Both the position numbers and the translations under genes were made by a program. Below the pieces are notes generated by a model, which worked only from the letters and a program-made list of their open reading frames with translations, was not told the DNA's origin and ran no database searches. Below, piece by piece: positions 40,989 to 49,825 of a DNA stretch of 64,000 bases (position 1 is its first letter; every line of letters begins with the position of its first letter). Origin of the DNA: a virus (lineage: Duplodnaviria > Caudoviricetes); the IMG/VR virus record IMGVR_UViG_3300032247_000928, positions 15,904-79,903 of that record. The stretch is one strand, 5' to 3'.

Positions 40989-41401
40989 TAGTTTGTAACA
41001 TCCTCAAGGAGAGTAATCTTCCCTTGAGCAACTGTCCAAACAAGTGTGTTTTGTGGAAGACTAATTTCAATATCAAAAATATCATTTGTTCTTAGTAATG
41101 AAGTTTGGTATGCAGATAGTTTTACTTTAAACTCACCTCTACCATCCTCTAAATCTTGCTGTGGGTTAGTACTAAAAATTAAAGTTGCATCATCAGTAAT
41201 TATTTGAGGATCAACTGGTGTATTTGGTCTTTTAAAGTCTATCTTAATATGCCAATCAGGAATAACCAAAGGCTGCTTTGCATCGTCTGTAAGATAAACC
41301 ATAAAGGAAACTGTGTCCCCTTTTACAATTGTCCAATTGACAAATGGTGGTTTTTCACCAATATCATATGTATTTGCGCCTTGCCCTCTATATGTAGCCA
41401 T
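40988..41401 (-). CDS. BppU-like virion protein
   Basis: NWTIVKGDTVSFMV...; paralogue of 45805 (QWTVVRGDSASFTV). Confidence 0.5.
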   Translation of the reverse strand: MATYRGQGANTYDIGEKPPFVNWTIVKGDTVSFMVYLTDDAKQPLVIPDWHIKIDFKRPNTPVDPQIITDDATLIFSTNPQQDLEDGRGEFKVKLSAYQTSLLRTNDIFDIEISLPQNTLVWTVAQGKITLLEDVTN

Positions 41402-41565
41402 AGTTCTTTTATTATATCATATAAGTAATGCTATATTTTGTTATCAAAACGTTATAATTGTATCTTGGTACAAAACGGACATTAATTTGTACTTATGAGT
41501 AGAATAGTGCTATACTTAATTTGAGACCTAAAAAGGTCTCATTCGTTTCTTAGGAGGTAAAAACT

Positions 41566-42108
41566 ATGAGAGAAACAAAAGTGTGGTTAGGGGTAATGTT
41601 ATTGGTGGTATCGTCTGCTGTTTTTGCAAACAATGCTAATGCCATTAATAATAAAATACTAAGTACATCTGCTTTGGATGAAACTACCGCCCATAAAGCG
41701 GTTTTTTTGGTTTCTAAGGAAGAAATATTAAAAAAGTATGAAAATGCAGCAACTCTTTCAGATAAAGATTTGGCCGTGATGCTTAAGGCAGTAGGGTTTA
41801 AAGGTAATGATCTAAAAGAAGCTTGGGCAATAGCAAAACGTGAATCTAACGGGCAACCAATTAGATTTAACGGTAATAAAAAAACTGGAGATAGTTCTTA
41901 TGGACTTTTTCAGATTAACATGATCAGAGATTTAGGTCCAGAACGTCGTGAGAAGTTTAACCTTAGAACAAATTCTGATTTATTAAATCCAGTAGTAAAT
42001 GCAAAAATAGCATTTTATATGAGCGATGGTGGTAAGAACTGGACTGCTTGGCATGGTTTAACGGCAAGGGCCAAGATGTGGATTGAGAAGTTCCCACATA
42101 ACATTTAG
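41566..42108 (+). CDS. secreted lysozyme-like / SLT transglycosylase
   Basis: N-terminal signal peptide; AWAIAKRESNG...DSSYGLFQIN...NPVVNAKIAF.MSDGGKNWTAW; own promoter TTGTAC-18-TATACT and SD AGGAGG. Confidence 0.8.
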   Translation: MRETKVWLGVMLLVVSSAVFANNANAINNKILSTSALDETTAHKAVFLVSKEEILKKYENAATLSDKDLAVMLKAVGFKGNDLKEAWAIAKRESNGQPIRFNGNKKTGDSSYGLFQINMIRDLGPERREKFNLRTNSDLLNPVVNAKIAFYMSDGGKNWTAWHGLTARAKMWIEKFPHNI

Positions 42109-42122
42109 TTATAAATAAAAAA

Positions 42123-42157
42123 TCCCCCTTGGCTATATGCCTTGGGGGTATTTTTTT
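42123..42157. terminator. bidirectional terminator between convergent genes
   Basis: CCCCCTTGGC-TATAT-GCCTTGGGGG hairpin flanked by an A-run and a T-run. Confidence 0.7.
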
Positions 42158-42166
42158 ATATATTTT

Positions 42167-42907
42167 TTAGTTATATTGTTTTTTATCCCAAAACATAGTC
42201 TTATATTTATCAAAAAACTTTGTATTTAATTTTATTTTTGTTTGCAAAATGTTTTCAATATCATTTTTATTGCCAATAACAGTTTCCCAACTATCTCTTT
42301 TGAAAGGAATAACCTGAGCAATTGGTGTTCCTTTTGGAATAATTCCTTCAAAATCTGGATCATTAACCACAAAAGGAAAATTAACTGGATTAGGATATCT
42401 ATCTGTGTCTACAATACCAGGAAGTATAGTAAATATAGATTCTCTATGCATTGGTTGAATAAATAATGAGGAGTATCCCTTTGGAGTTTGAATACCCCAA
42501 GGATTTATCCATTTTGGATAGGGAAATTCATTTTTTGCTGGATGATTTGGAGCCTGAGCAATTGGATGAAAATCAATTAAACTAAACCAAGACCAAATAA
42601 AATGTTGTTGTTTTTCTAAACTATGATCTTGTGTCAAATCAATATTATTTAATTTTTCTTTTTCTACTTGTCTTGGAGAGATATATATATCTGCTGGTGA
42701 CTCAATTATATATCCTGAAGTAATTGCATCAAAAACTGGAATACATTTTTTTATTGTAGAAGGAGTACTTCCATCGTCAAATGGTTTTTTTTCGTTGTCA
42801 ACATAAGACTTAGTTTGCTTATACCAATCTGGAACATATCTTGATGCTGGTTTTGGTGGCTCTAAGTCCCTATAATCACTTACATTTGTAAAAATAATTT
42901 TTTTCAT
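42167..42907 (-). CDS. conserved phage protein, DUF6065-like paralogue
   Basis: Same family motifs. The ORF track labels it +, but MKKIIFTNV reads from the reverse complement at 42907 and the TAA lies at 42167-42169 on the minus strand. Confidence 0.8.
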   Translation of the reverse strand: MKKIIFTNVSDYRDLEPPKPASRYVPDWYKQTKSYVDNEKKPFDDGSTPSTIKKCIPVFDAITSGYIIESPADIYISPRQVEKEKLNNIDLTQDHSLEKQQHFIWSWFSLIDFHPIAQAPNHPAKNEFPYPKWINPWGIQTPKGYSSLFIQPMHRESIFTILPGIVDTDRYPNPVNFPFVVNDPDFEGIIPKGTPIAQVIPFKRDSWETVIGNKNDIENILQTKIKLNTKFFDKYKTMFWDKKQYN

Positions 42908-42971
42908 TAACTACCCCTTACAAATTATTATATCATAAAGAGTTAATAAAGAAAATAAAACTATATTTTTA

Positions 42972-43577
42972 TTAAGCAATAAAAGGATTTAGTACTATTC
43001 CTGAATTTGGAAGAATATTTGGTTCATTTGCAGGAATTGATTGGGTAAATATTTTTCCAGCATATTCAGAAACTTTTGCTCTTCCATAAGGAACTTGTAC
43101 CTCTGACATATTTGTAGCATTTTTAGTAACAACAAATTTATTTTCACTTACAACAGATACAATATTATAGGTTCCATTTAAATCTTCATTTTCTAAAGAT
43201 TCAAGAACTACAGAATCGCCAATTTTATAATTATTATTAAAAATTGTTTCAACTGTAAGTTGATTTGAGTTAATTGATATTGCAGATATTGCTGGTGTTG
43301 TGCCCTCTCCAATTATAACATCAAACCCTAAATCTTGTAATAAAGTTTCTGCTTCTGTAGCACTCATTCCAAATACATCTGGAACTTCCAAATATGTTGA
43401 ATTTGATATAAAGTTTGAATCAATATATTGATAGCCTACAGCAACATCTTCAGGCGCTTCAACTAATTGGTCATATTCATTTTCTTGAATGATTGAGTTA
43501 ACAAGTTCTTCATTTAACTCTTCAAATAGTGTTATGTTTTCTACAATATTATTTTTTATACATGCATATTTTAACAT
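42972..43577 (-). CDS. PASTA-domain protein with an inserted beta domain
   Basis: VPDVFGMSATEAETLLQDLGFDV...GKIFTQSIPA; N-terminal YACIKNNIVENI fibre-chaperone-like segment. Confidence 0.6.
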   Translation of the reverse strand: MLKYACIKNNIVENITLFEELNEELVNSIIQENEYDQLVEAPEDVAVGYQYIDSNFISNSTYLEVPDVFGMSATEAETLLQDLGFDVIIGEGTTPAISAISINSNQLTVETIFNNNYKIGDSVVLESLENEDLNGTYNIVSVVSENKFVVTKNATNMSEVQVPYGRAKVSEYAGKIFTQSIPANEPNILPNSGIVLNPFIA

Positions 43578-43578
43578 A

Positions 43579-44592
43579 TTAAGACACCTTCTTTTCAAAT
43601 ACTATAACTCGTCCTGCAGCGCCTGCACCGCCTGTGCCACCGTTACCGCCTCCGCCACCACCGCCAGATAAACCGTTACCTGCACCGCCTGTGCCACCAC
43701 CGTGACCACCGTAGTTCCAACTTGCATTGCGATAGTTAAAACTCATGTGCTGACCTGATCCGCCACCACCGCCACCGCCGTAAGGTGATCCACCAGCATT
43801 TCCTCCGCTACCACCTGCGTGAGCAGAGTATCCGTCCCAAAGATCATTTGGACTTGTGCCGTTACCATTACCACCGTTACCACCGCCACCACCGTAGTTA
43901 TAGGTTTGTCCAGGACCAGAAAGTGTTAGGTTTCCACCTGTACCGCCTCCACCTGCACCTCCACCGTTACCTGCTGTCTTTGATGTAGCATTTCCGCCAC
44001 CAGTACTATCTAAATAAGAACCAAAAGAACTTGTTGCTCCGCCAGATGCGCCAACAGTAATTGTTGCTGTGTGACCTGGGGTTGGAAGATTAACTATTCC
44101 AGAATATGCATTTCCTCCAGCACCACCACTTTGTCCAGAACCATTCTGTCCAGCACCAAAAGCATAAATACCTAATTGTGAAACGCCAGATGGTAATGAG
44201 TATGACTGAGTTGTATTTGCTGTTACTGCTAATACCCAAGTTGCTGCTGCTGCAGTAATTGCACCAGAGTCTGCACTGTAAGTTGAGTTTCCAGTTGAGT
44301 TATTTGCTCTTGCTTTAAAGGTATATGATGTGCCATTAGTTAAGCCTGTAATTGTCAGTGGAGAAGATGATCCAGTTGCTGTAATATTACCTGGTGTTGA
44401 TATAACAGTATAATCTGTTACTGCACCACCTGTAGTCGCTGAAGTAAATGCTATTTGTGCACCTAGATCAATTCTTGTTACAGAAGAGACTTCTGGAGAG
44501 TCTGGAACGTCAACAATCTTTGATGTTCCAGCGGAAGCATCAATGTATCTTGTACCCAATAGTCCAGAATTACTTGCTTTTTTAATAGCCAT
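43579..44592 (-). CDS. FN3 + glycine-rich fibre-like protein
   Basis: PLTITGLTNGTSYTFKARANNSTG (FN3); Gly-rich C-half ending GRVIVFE. Confidence 0.7.
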   Translation of the reverse strand: MAIKKASNSGLLGTRYIDASAGTSKIVDVPDSPEVSSVTRIDLGAQIAFTSATTGGAVTDYTVISTPGNITATGSSSPLTITGLTNGTSYTFKARANNSTGNSTYSADSGAITAAAATWVLAVTANTTQSYSLPSGVSQLGIYAFGAGQNGSGQSGGAGGNAYSGIVNLPTPGHTATITVGASGGATSSFGSYLDSTGGGNATSKTAGNGGGAGGGGTGGNLTLSGPGQTYNYGGGGGNGGNGNGTSPNDLWDGYSAHAGGSGGNAGGSPYGGGGGGGSGQHMSFNYRNASWNYGGHGGGTGGAGNGLSGGGGGGGNGGTGGAGAAGRVIVFEKKVS

Positions 44593-44613
44593 GTTAAATT
44601 ATCCTTTTCTTAA

Positions 44614-44940
44614 TTATGAAATTTCTGATCCAAATGCTGAAAATGATGTGTTAGCATTTGAAGAATAAACCTGTACTTTATCGCCTGATGCAAGTGTAAG
44701 TCCAAGAGTTAACATGATTGAGTCTGATGCAGCAACTGTTGCTCCATATACAATCCAGTGTTTTGCAGCGGTTGAACCGTCTGCTGATGGACGTACTGCA
44801 ATGCGATAAGTTGCAGATGAACCTGCTTGGTTGCAAATTGCAATAGTAGAAACTACTGCAGCAGCACCAGCGGTGTATAGTGTTGTTTCAGTTGTAGCAC
44901 TTGGGTTAGACTGTGCTAGTACCTTGTAAGTTGTTGCCAT
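44614..44940 (-). CDS. small virion structural protein
   Basis: TTLYTAG..AVVSTIAICNQ...LTLGLTLASGDKVQV...SFSAFGSEI; own promoter and SD. Confidence 0.55.
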   Translation of the reverse strand: MATTYKVLAQSNPSATTETTLYTAGAAAVVSTIAICNQAGSSATYRIAVRPSADGSTAAKHWIVYGATVAASDSIMLTLGLTLASGDKVQVYSSNANTSFSAFGSEIS

Positions 44941-44982
44941 TGTGTGGCTCCTATCTGTATATGTTAGTATTGTATCACATAT

Positions 44983-45717
44983 TTATGATACTGATATATA
45001 CATACCCTTTAAAATAATACTGGACTCATTATCAGTTCTTGCCTGGATAATTCCACCTTCAGACCTTATTTTTGAAACATCTATATATAAAGTTTGGTTA
45101 AACGACATTTCATATGGGTATTTGTATTTAAGCATTCCTATATATCCCGTTGGAGATTCAACTTTTGGAATGAATGTTCTAATCCATGCTTCTGTACTAT
45201 TTGTATCGGTATTTAAAATAATATCATAACGTATATCAACCTTAGTACCAACTTTTAATTGTTTAAAATTAATTCTTTGGGTAATGGGATTCCATAAAGA
45301 TACGTGCTCTGCAGGTAAAAATGTTAAAGTACTATTTGCTGGATCATCTGTCATTAAAATGTCTACCCAACCATCATCACCTCTATCTGGGCCAAGTAAA
45401 ATTGGTTTTTTGTCTTGGTTTTGATAATACGCCCATCCAGGATATTGGCCAGAAGGGCTCTCGTATGATTGTCCTCCGCCTTTTCCTGGTTCACCCTTTG
45501 GTCCTTGAGGACCTTCTTTTCCATCTCTTCCTTGAGGACCTCTTTCGCCTTTTTCACCTTGTGGGCCTGCTGGTCCTTGAGCTCCTGTTTCACCTTTTTC
45601 GCCTTGAATTCCTGGTACGGCAATATACTCTGTATTACTTAATTGAGTTCCTTTTGTTTCTTTGATTGCCTCTGCATATCTTGATTTTGGGGCATCCATA
45701 TTTTTTGAAATAGCCAT
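44983..45717 (-). CDS. collagen-like (Gly-X-Y) virion protein
   Basis: About 15 consecutive G-X-Y triplets (GIQGEKGETGAQGPAGPQ...). Confidence 0.85.
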   Translation of the reverse strand: MAISKNMDAPKSRYAEAIKETKGTQLSNTEYIAVPGIQGEKGETGAQGPAGPQGEKGERGPQGRDGKEGPQGPKGEPGKGGGQSYESPSGQYPGWAYYQNQDKKPILLGPDRGDDGWVDILMTDDPANSTLTFLPAEHVSLWNPITQRINFKQLKVGTKVDIRYDIILNTDTNSTEAWIRTFIPKVESPTGYIGMLKYKYPYEMSFNQTLYIDVSKIRSEGGIIQARTDNESSIILKGMYISVS

Positions 45718-45720
45718 TTA

Positions 45721-45804
45721 CTACTTCTTTACTTTAAAAATTGTACCATTTATCTTTATTAGTGGAGGCAGTTTAACGCTAGTGTCGTTAATTTTAATTA
45801 TCAT
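45721..45804 (-). CDS. 27-aa basic peptide
   Basis: Hand translation MIIKINDTSVKLPPLIKINGTIFKVKK; exactly fills the gap between two genes. Confidence 0.45.
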   Translation of the reverse strand: MIIKINDTSVKLPPLIKINGTIFKVKK

Positions 45805-46218
45805 TTAAGATACCCCACTCGTAGTTCTTGTGCTTGCTGGAGAAACATCTCCTAATACGCATATCGTTCCAATTACTGGAGTCCAAGTCATTACCGAGGG
45901 ACCATCTGGAACTACCGCTTGAAGATCAAAAGAAAGTTCTGCAACCACTGACTTATATTTTGTTCCCCAGTTTGCTGTTATATCTGCTGGGGCAGTAACT
46001 GTAACAACACTTCCATTAGTTGTAACAACAAGTTCATCTAGAACATCTGCAATAGGGTCGTAGGCTGTTGCTGAGTAAGTCCAGCCTTCTGTATCAAACT
46101 CTGTAACTTCGTCATTTTCAAGAAGGGAGACTGTAAAAGAAGCAGAGTCACCACGAACAACGGTCCATTGTATATTTGCTGGGGTGGCCCCAAATTTTTC
46201 TATCGTAGGTGAGCACAT
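45805..46218 (-). CDS. BppU-like virion protein
   Basis: Paralogue of 40988; real start MCSPT is 7 nt after TGGTATAAT. Confidence 0.6.
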   Translation of the reverse strand: MCSPTIEKFGATPANIQWTVVRGDSASFTVSLLENDEVTEFDTEGWTYSATAYDPIADVLDELVVTTNGSVVTVTAPADITANWGTKYKSVVAELSFDLQAVVPDGPSVMTWTPVIGTICVLGDVSPASTRTTSGVS

Positions 46219-46573
46219 ATCATTGATTATACCATAATAAAAAGGACTGACTCCTAGGGGCAGTGGGGTGGGTAGAGAGCAACCTAGGAGCCAATCCATA
46301 TGATTATAACATTCATTTATACATCAGTTAGTAAACATCGTACCCCAATATATTAATTAGTAACAAAAAATTATAATTGGGAATTAAAATTATAATGCCA
46401 GAGTGTGTTGAAATTGTTATCAAAGAGTTATAAATACATATATACCAAATGTCCATATTGTCTCAATAAGCCAGAGTATTGATAGTGTATACTTAAAAAT
46501 ATAAAGAAAAGAAATAACTAACTAGCAAGATTTTAATATATCTTCTATATAGTATATGAGTAAATTATATAAA

Positions 46574-47554
46574 TTATTGTATGTTGGCGTAATCACTTGG
46601 AAAAGCACAATAATTATAGTAGGTGTCATCAAAATAAAAATTTGCGTATTCTTGAAATTTTTTTAGTTTTTCTTTGCTTTGCTCATTAGTTAAAAGGTTG
46701 CGTATTCTTTCGGTATTTTCTTTAACAATATCTCTGCCGTATTTTTTTTGTATATCTAGCAGATTTTTTCTTTCTCCAATACCATCAACTATATCCTGTG
46801 TATGTAAATGACTAATTACAGCCAACTCTCCAGGATAAACTAAAGTAAATCCGTTGTGTAATAGTTCCGATGTTTGCCAAATTTCTTCTTCATAAAATAA
46901 TGTATTTTCATCTAAATGTCTATTTTCTGCAAATAAATTATTTCCAAATATAAAAGCACCGCAAACTTTTGCTGCAGGAAGAATTTCTTCTTTTAAAAGC
47001 CTATCCTTTAATTTTTTTGATACTTCCGAAGGGTATGCATGACCAAATAGAGGAAATCTGCCATCACATACCCAAGTACTTTTATCAAACCAGATGTTAT
47101 ACCCAAGCACTTGCCTAAATAATATTTCCTCATATTCTCCTTGATCATTTTTTTTGTATGTGTAGTGTGCTGGTGTGCCCGTTAGTAGCAATTTATTATT
47201 TTTTAATTTTTTTACCGCATACTCGTGTTTTTGTATAAGATACTCGTCCCAGGCATTAATAAATCTTGAGTGTGAATCAATCTGCAAAATATATTCTTCT
47301 TTGTTATAAAAACTTATTGGTAATTTTTTCCCAATACCAGTACCTATGTGATTTTTATAGTTATGAAATGATATTTTTACGTGTGTGTTATCTTTAAACT
47401 CTTCTATTACTTTTTTATAATAGTCCTTTTCGCCAATAATGGCAATACCTAAAAATATTTTATCGGGATTATTTGCATTATTTATACAAGACTTTATGGT
47501 GGGTATTAGTTCGGTGTCTCCACCAAAACAAGGAATTGATACAAAAATTGACAT
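46574..47554 (-). CDS. second Gnt1-type GlcNAc-transferase-like glycosyltransferase
   Basis: MSIFVSIPCF...ANNPDKIFLGI...YILQIDSHSRF..AWD...FYEEE; leaderless after TGATACAAT. Confidence 0.72.
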   Translation of the reverse strand: MSIFVSIPCFGGDTELIPTIKSCINNANNPDKIFLGIAIIGEKDYYKKVIEEFKDNTHVKISFHNYKNHIGTGIGKKLPISFYNKEEYILQIDSHSRFINAWDEYLIQKHEYAVKKLKNNKLLLTGTPAHYTYKKNDQGEYEEILFRQVLGYNIWFDKSTWVCDGRFPLFGHAYPSEVSKKLKDRLLKEEILPAAKVCGAFIFGNNLFAENRHLDENTLFYEEEIWQTSELLHNGFTLVYPGELAVISHLHTQDIVDGIGERKNLLDIQKKYGRDIVKENTERIRNLLTNEQSKEKLKKFQEYANFYFDDTYYNYCAFPSDYANIQ

Positions 47555-47618
47555 ATTTTCATTGTATCATAAAACCTAATATTTATTTAGTGTATACTTA
47601 ATATAAAAGGGAAAATAA

Positions 47619-48359
47619 ATGAAAATAAAAAAAATACAAGAGATTTTGTTTTATCCAGTAAATGAACAAGCAGCATTGTATATTGATCCTCCATTACCAT
47701 CTTCTAATTTTATTCCAGAGTGGTACAAAAAAATACCTAAATATAAAGATAGATCAAATAAATTTAGAAATTATGGAATAGGTGATAATAATTTAAGTGT
47801 AAAGTCATGTCTTCCTATTGTTGATTCTTTAACTTCTGGATACATGATAAGTTTGCCACACGATATACAAATTTCAAGAGATAATAGTAATTTGGCTCCA
47901 ATAATAAACTGGTCTTTTTCTGTTAATGGTTTACCTGATTTTATAAATTCAAGACCAAATAGAGATGATAGTTGTGCCTGGGATAATATTGATGGATATG
48001 ATGATTTACTATTTAATTGGCTTCCATTTTGGTGTATTAAAACTCCAAAAGGATACAGTTCATTGTTTTCTCATCCAGTAAATAGACCAGATTTACCATT
48101 TTATACATTAGGTGGAATTTTAGATACTGATGGGTTTGGTGACGCTGGCAATCATCCATTTTTAATAAAAAGTGGATGGGAAGGTATTATTCCTGCAGGT
48201 ACTCCAATTATTCAAATAATACCATTTAAACGTGAAAATTGGAGATCTAAAGCAGATAAAACTATGATAAAAGAGTTTTATAAAAATTATATAAATAAAA
48301 ACAGAGTATTAAAAGATTATTATAAAAATAATTTTTGGAATAATAAATCTTATAAATAG
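47619..48359 (+). CDS. conserved phage protein, DUF6065-like paralogue
   Basis: PEWYKK, VKSCLPIVDSLTSGY, IKTPKGYSSLFSHP, GIIPAGTPIIQIIPFKRENW. Confidence 0.75.
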   Translation: MKIKKIQEILFYPVNEQAALYIDPPLPSSNFIPEWYKKIPKYKDRSNKFRNYGIGDNNLSVKSCLPIVDSLTSGYMISLPHDIQISRDNSNLAPIINWSFSVNGLPDFINSRPNRDDSCAWDNIDGYDDLLFNWLPFWCIKTPKGYSSLFSHPVNRPDLPFYTLGGILDTDGFGDAGNHPFLIKSGWEGIIPAGTPIIQIIPFKRENWRSKADKTMIKEFYKNYINKNRVLKDYYKNNFWNNKSYK

Positions 48360-48644
48360 TTATTTAGCACGAGCAACATAGTCAAGTAATACATCGTACA
48401 TATGATCTAGTTTATCACTAGTTGCTTTACGTTTTTCTCTAGCATTTTCTTGCTCAAGTTTAATCTGCTTAATTTCATCACGCATACTGGTTCCGCCGTT
48501 AGTTTTGGTTTCGGCACGAATATCACAAACCGCTTCGTGAATAGGCTTAATCTGGACTTTAATATACCAACGAATTGATCCAACTACAATCGCTCCAATT
48601 GAAAGCAAAGCAAGAATGAATTGTGCCCAGTCTGTAGTGGTCAT
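48360..48644 (-). CDS. small membrane protein (holin/spanin-like possible)
   Basis: Single N-terminal TM helix followed by a coiled coil (TNGGTSMRD). Confidence 0.5.
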   Translation of the reverse strand: MTTTDWAQFILALLSIGAIVVGSIRWYIKVQIKPIHEAVCDIRAETKTNGGTSMRDEIKQIKLEQENAREKRKATSDKLDHMYDVLLDYVARAK

Positions 48645-48834
48645 TATAAAATTATTATACCATTATTTGAGATTAAATAAATAAATATAAAGTTCGCCCG
48701 ATTAAACTCCGCCGATTTTAAAAGTCGCCGAAATAGAGATATCAAACCAACTATGTACAAACCCTGCATTAATAATGCTATATGTACACATACTGGTAAT
48801 AGACTTATAAAGGTTTATGCGCTACAATTGAGTA

Positions 48835-49431
48835 ATGGTAGATAGCATCAAAGATACACTTAAACTTTTTTTACTGAGCAAATTACGCTTACATCACATG
48901 CTATACCGACTACCTGCAATTTCTGAATTTTTAGAAGAACTTATATCCGAAGCCTTGCAGGAAAACGGATACCCTAATGACTGGAAACCTAATCGCTCAC
49001 ATGCTGTTTCAAAGGATCTTACACTAGATACTGGCAAATCGTTTTCAATTAAATCGGGGATTTATGATCCAAAAAAGAAGACCCTAAAATTTTCGGGGAG
49101 TAGATTAGGTAAGCACAACACAATAGAAGCAATGGTAGAAGCAATAGCAGATACTCACGCAGACTTCTACATATGCCTTGCAAAAGCCTCAGAAGACTGG
49201 TCTAACGTCCCAGGAAAGGATGAGGATAAGACATACTACCTATTTGTCTTTGAGGCTTCTAAACTTGACTATAATGGAGAATGGGGAGTAAAGGTTTCTA
49301 AGAAAGGTGGTTTTAAATACGTGATTGACAAACCAGGTTTTCATGCAAAGATTGCACCTTCCATGTCATATCAACTCTGGACTACTGTGGATACATCTAT
49401 TATTGGCGATCCAGAGAAGTTGATTGTATGA
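48835..49431 (+). CDS. PD-(D/E)xK restriction-endonuclease-like protein
   Basis: EFLEELISEAL...SKDLTLDTGKSFSIKSG resembles the E...PD..(S)xK catalytic layout; leaderless. Confidence 0.45.
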   Translation: MVDSIKDTLKLFLLSKLRLHHMLYRLPAISEFLEELISEALQENGYPNDWKPNRSHAVSKDLTLDTGKSFSIKSGIYDPKKKTLKFSGSRLGKHNTIEAMVEAIADTHADFYICLAKASEDWSNVPGKDEDKTYYLFVFEASKLDYNGEWGVKVSKKGGFKYVIDKPGFHAKIAPSMSYQLWTTVDTSIIGDPEKLIV

Positions 49432-49625
49432 GTGATGTAAGTTTTGGTGATTGGCTTAAACCTTCTACGCCTAGAGCCAGTGATGCTTTGATTGAGTCCC
49501 GCTTAAAAATATGTCAAGCATGTGAACATTTTAAGAAGAATGGATCCCGCTGTAAATTATGTCATTGCTTCATGAAACTTAAAACCGAACTAGCCGATGC
49601 TCGTTGTCCTATAGGCAAGTGGTAA
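49428..49625 (+). CDS. small Cys-rich protein (DUF6171-like), paralogue of 6844
   Basis: RLKICQACEHF...RCKLCHCFMKLKT.L.DARCPIGKW. Confidence 0.7.
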   Translation: MSDVSFGDWLKPSTPRASDALIESRLKICQACEHFKKNGSRCKLCHCFMKLKTELADARCPIGKW

Positions 49626-49825
49626 TGCGAGACTGGCAAAATAAAGACTGGCTTACAAACCAGTATATTACTATGGGGCGTAGCGTAGCATGGATAGCAG
49701 ATAGTGTTAAAGTTCATCCAGATATGATTAGGTTTTATTTGGATCAATTTGCTATCTACCGTCCGATGAAAAAATGCAAACATGGTATGATTATATGTGA
49801 GAGATGTAACAAGGAGCAGAAATGA
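49625..49825 (+). CDS. small HTH protein with C-terminal Cys knuckle
   Basis: WQNKDWLTNQYITMGRSVAWIADSVKV HTH-like; CKHGMIICERC; start moved to the coupled ATG. Confidence 0.55.
   Translation: MRDWQNKDWLTNQYITMGRSVAWIADSVKVHPDMIRFYLDQFAIYRPMKKCKHGMIICERCNKEQK

Noticed and set aside
42167-42907. Plus-strand label in the supplied ORF track
   Set aside because: The listed protein reads only from the reverse complement; reported as minus strand
48690-48735. Short CGCC(C)G direct repeats, and AAAATCTGAA x2 at 50557-50610
   Set aside because: Too short and too few to distinguish from chance without a background model
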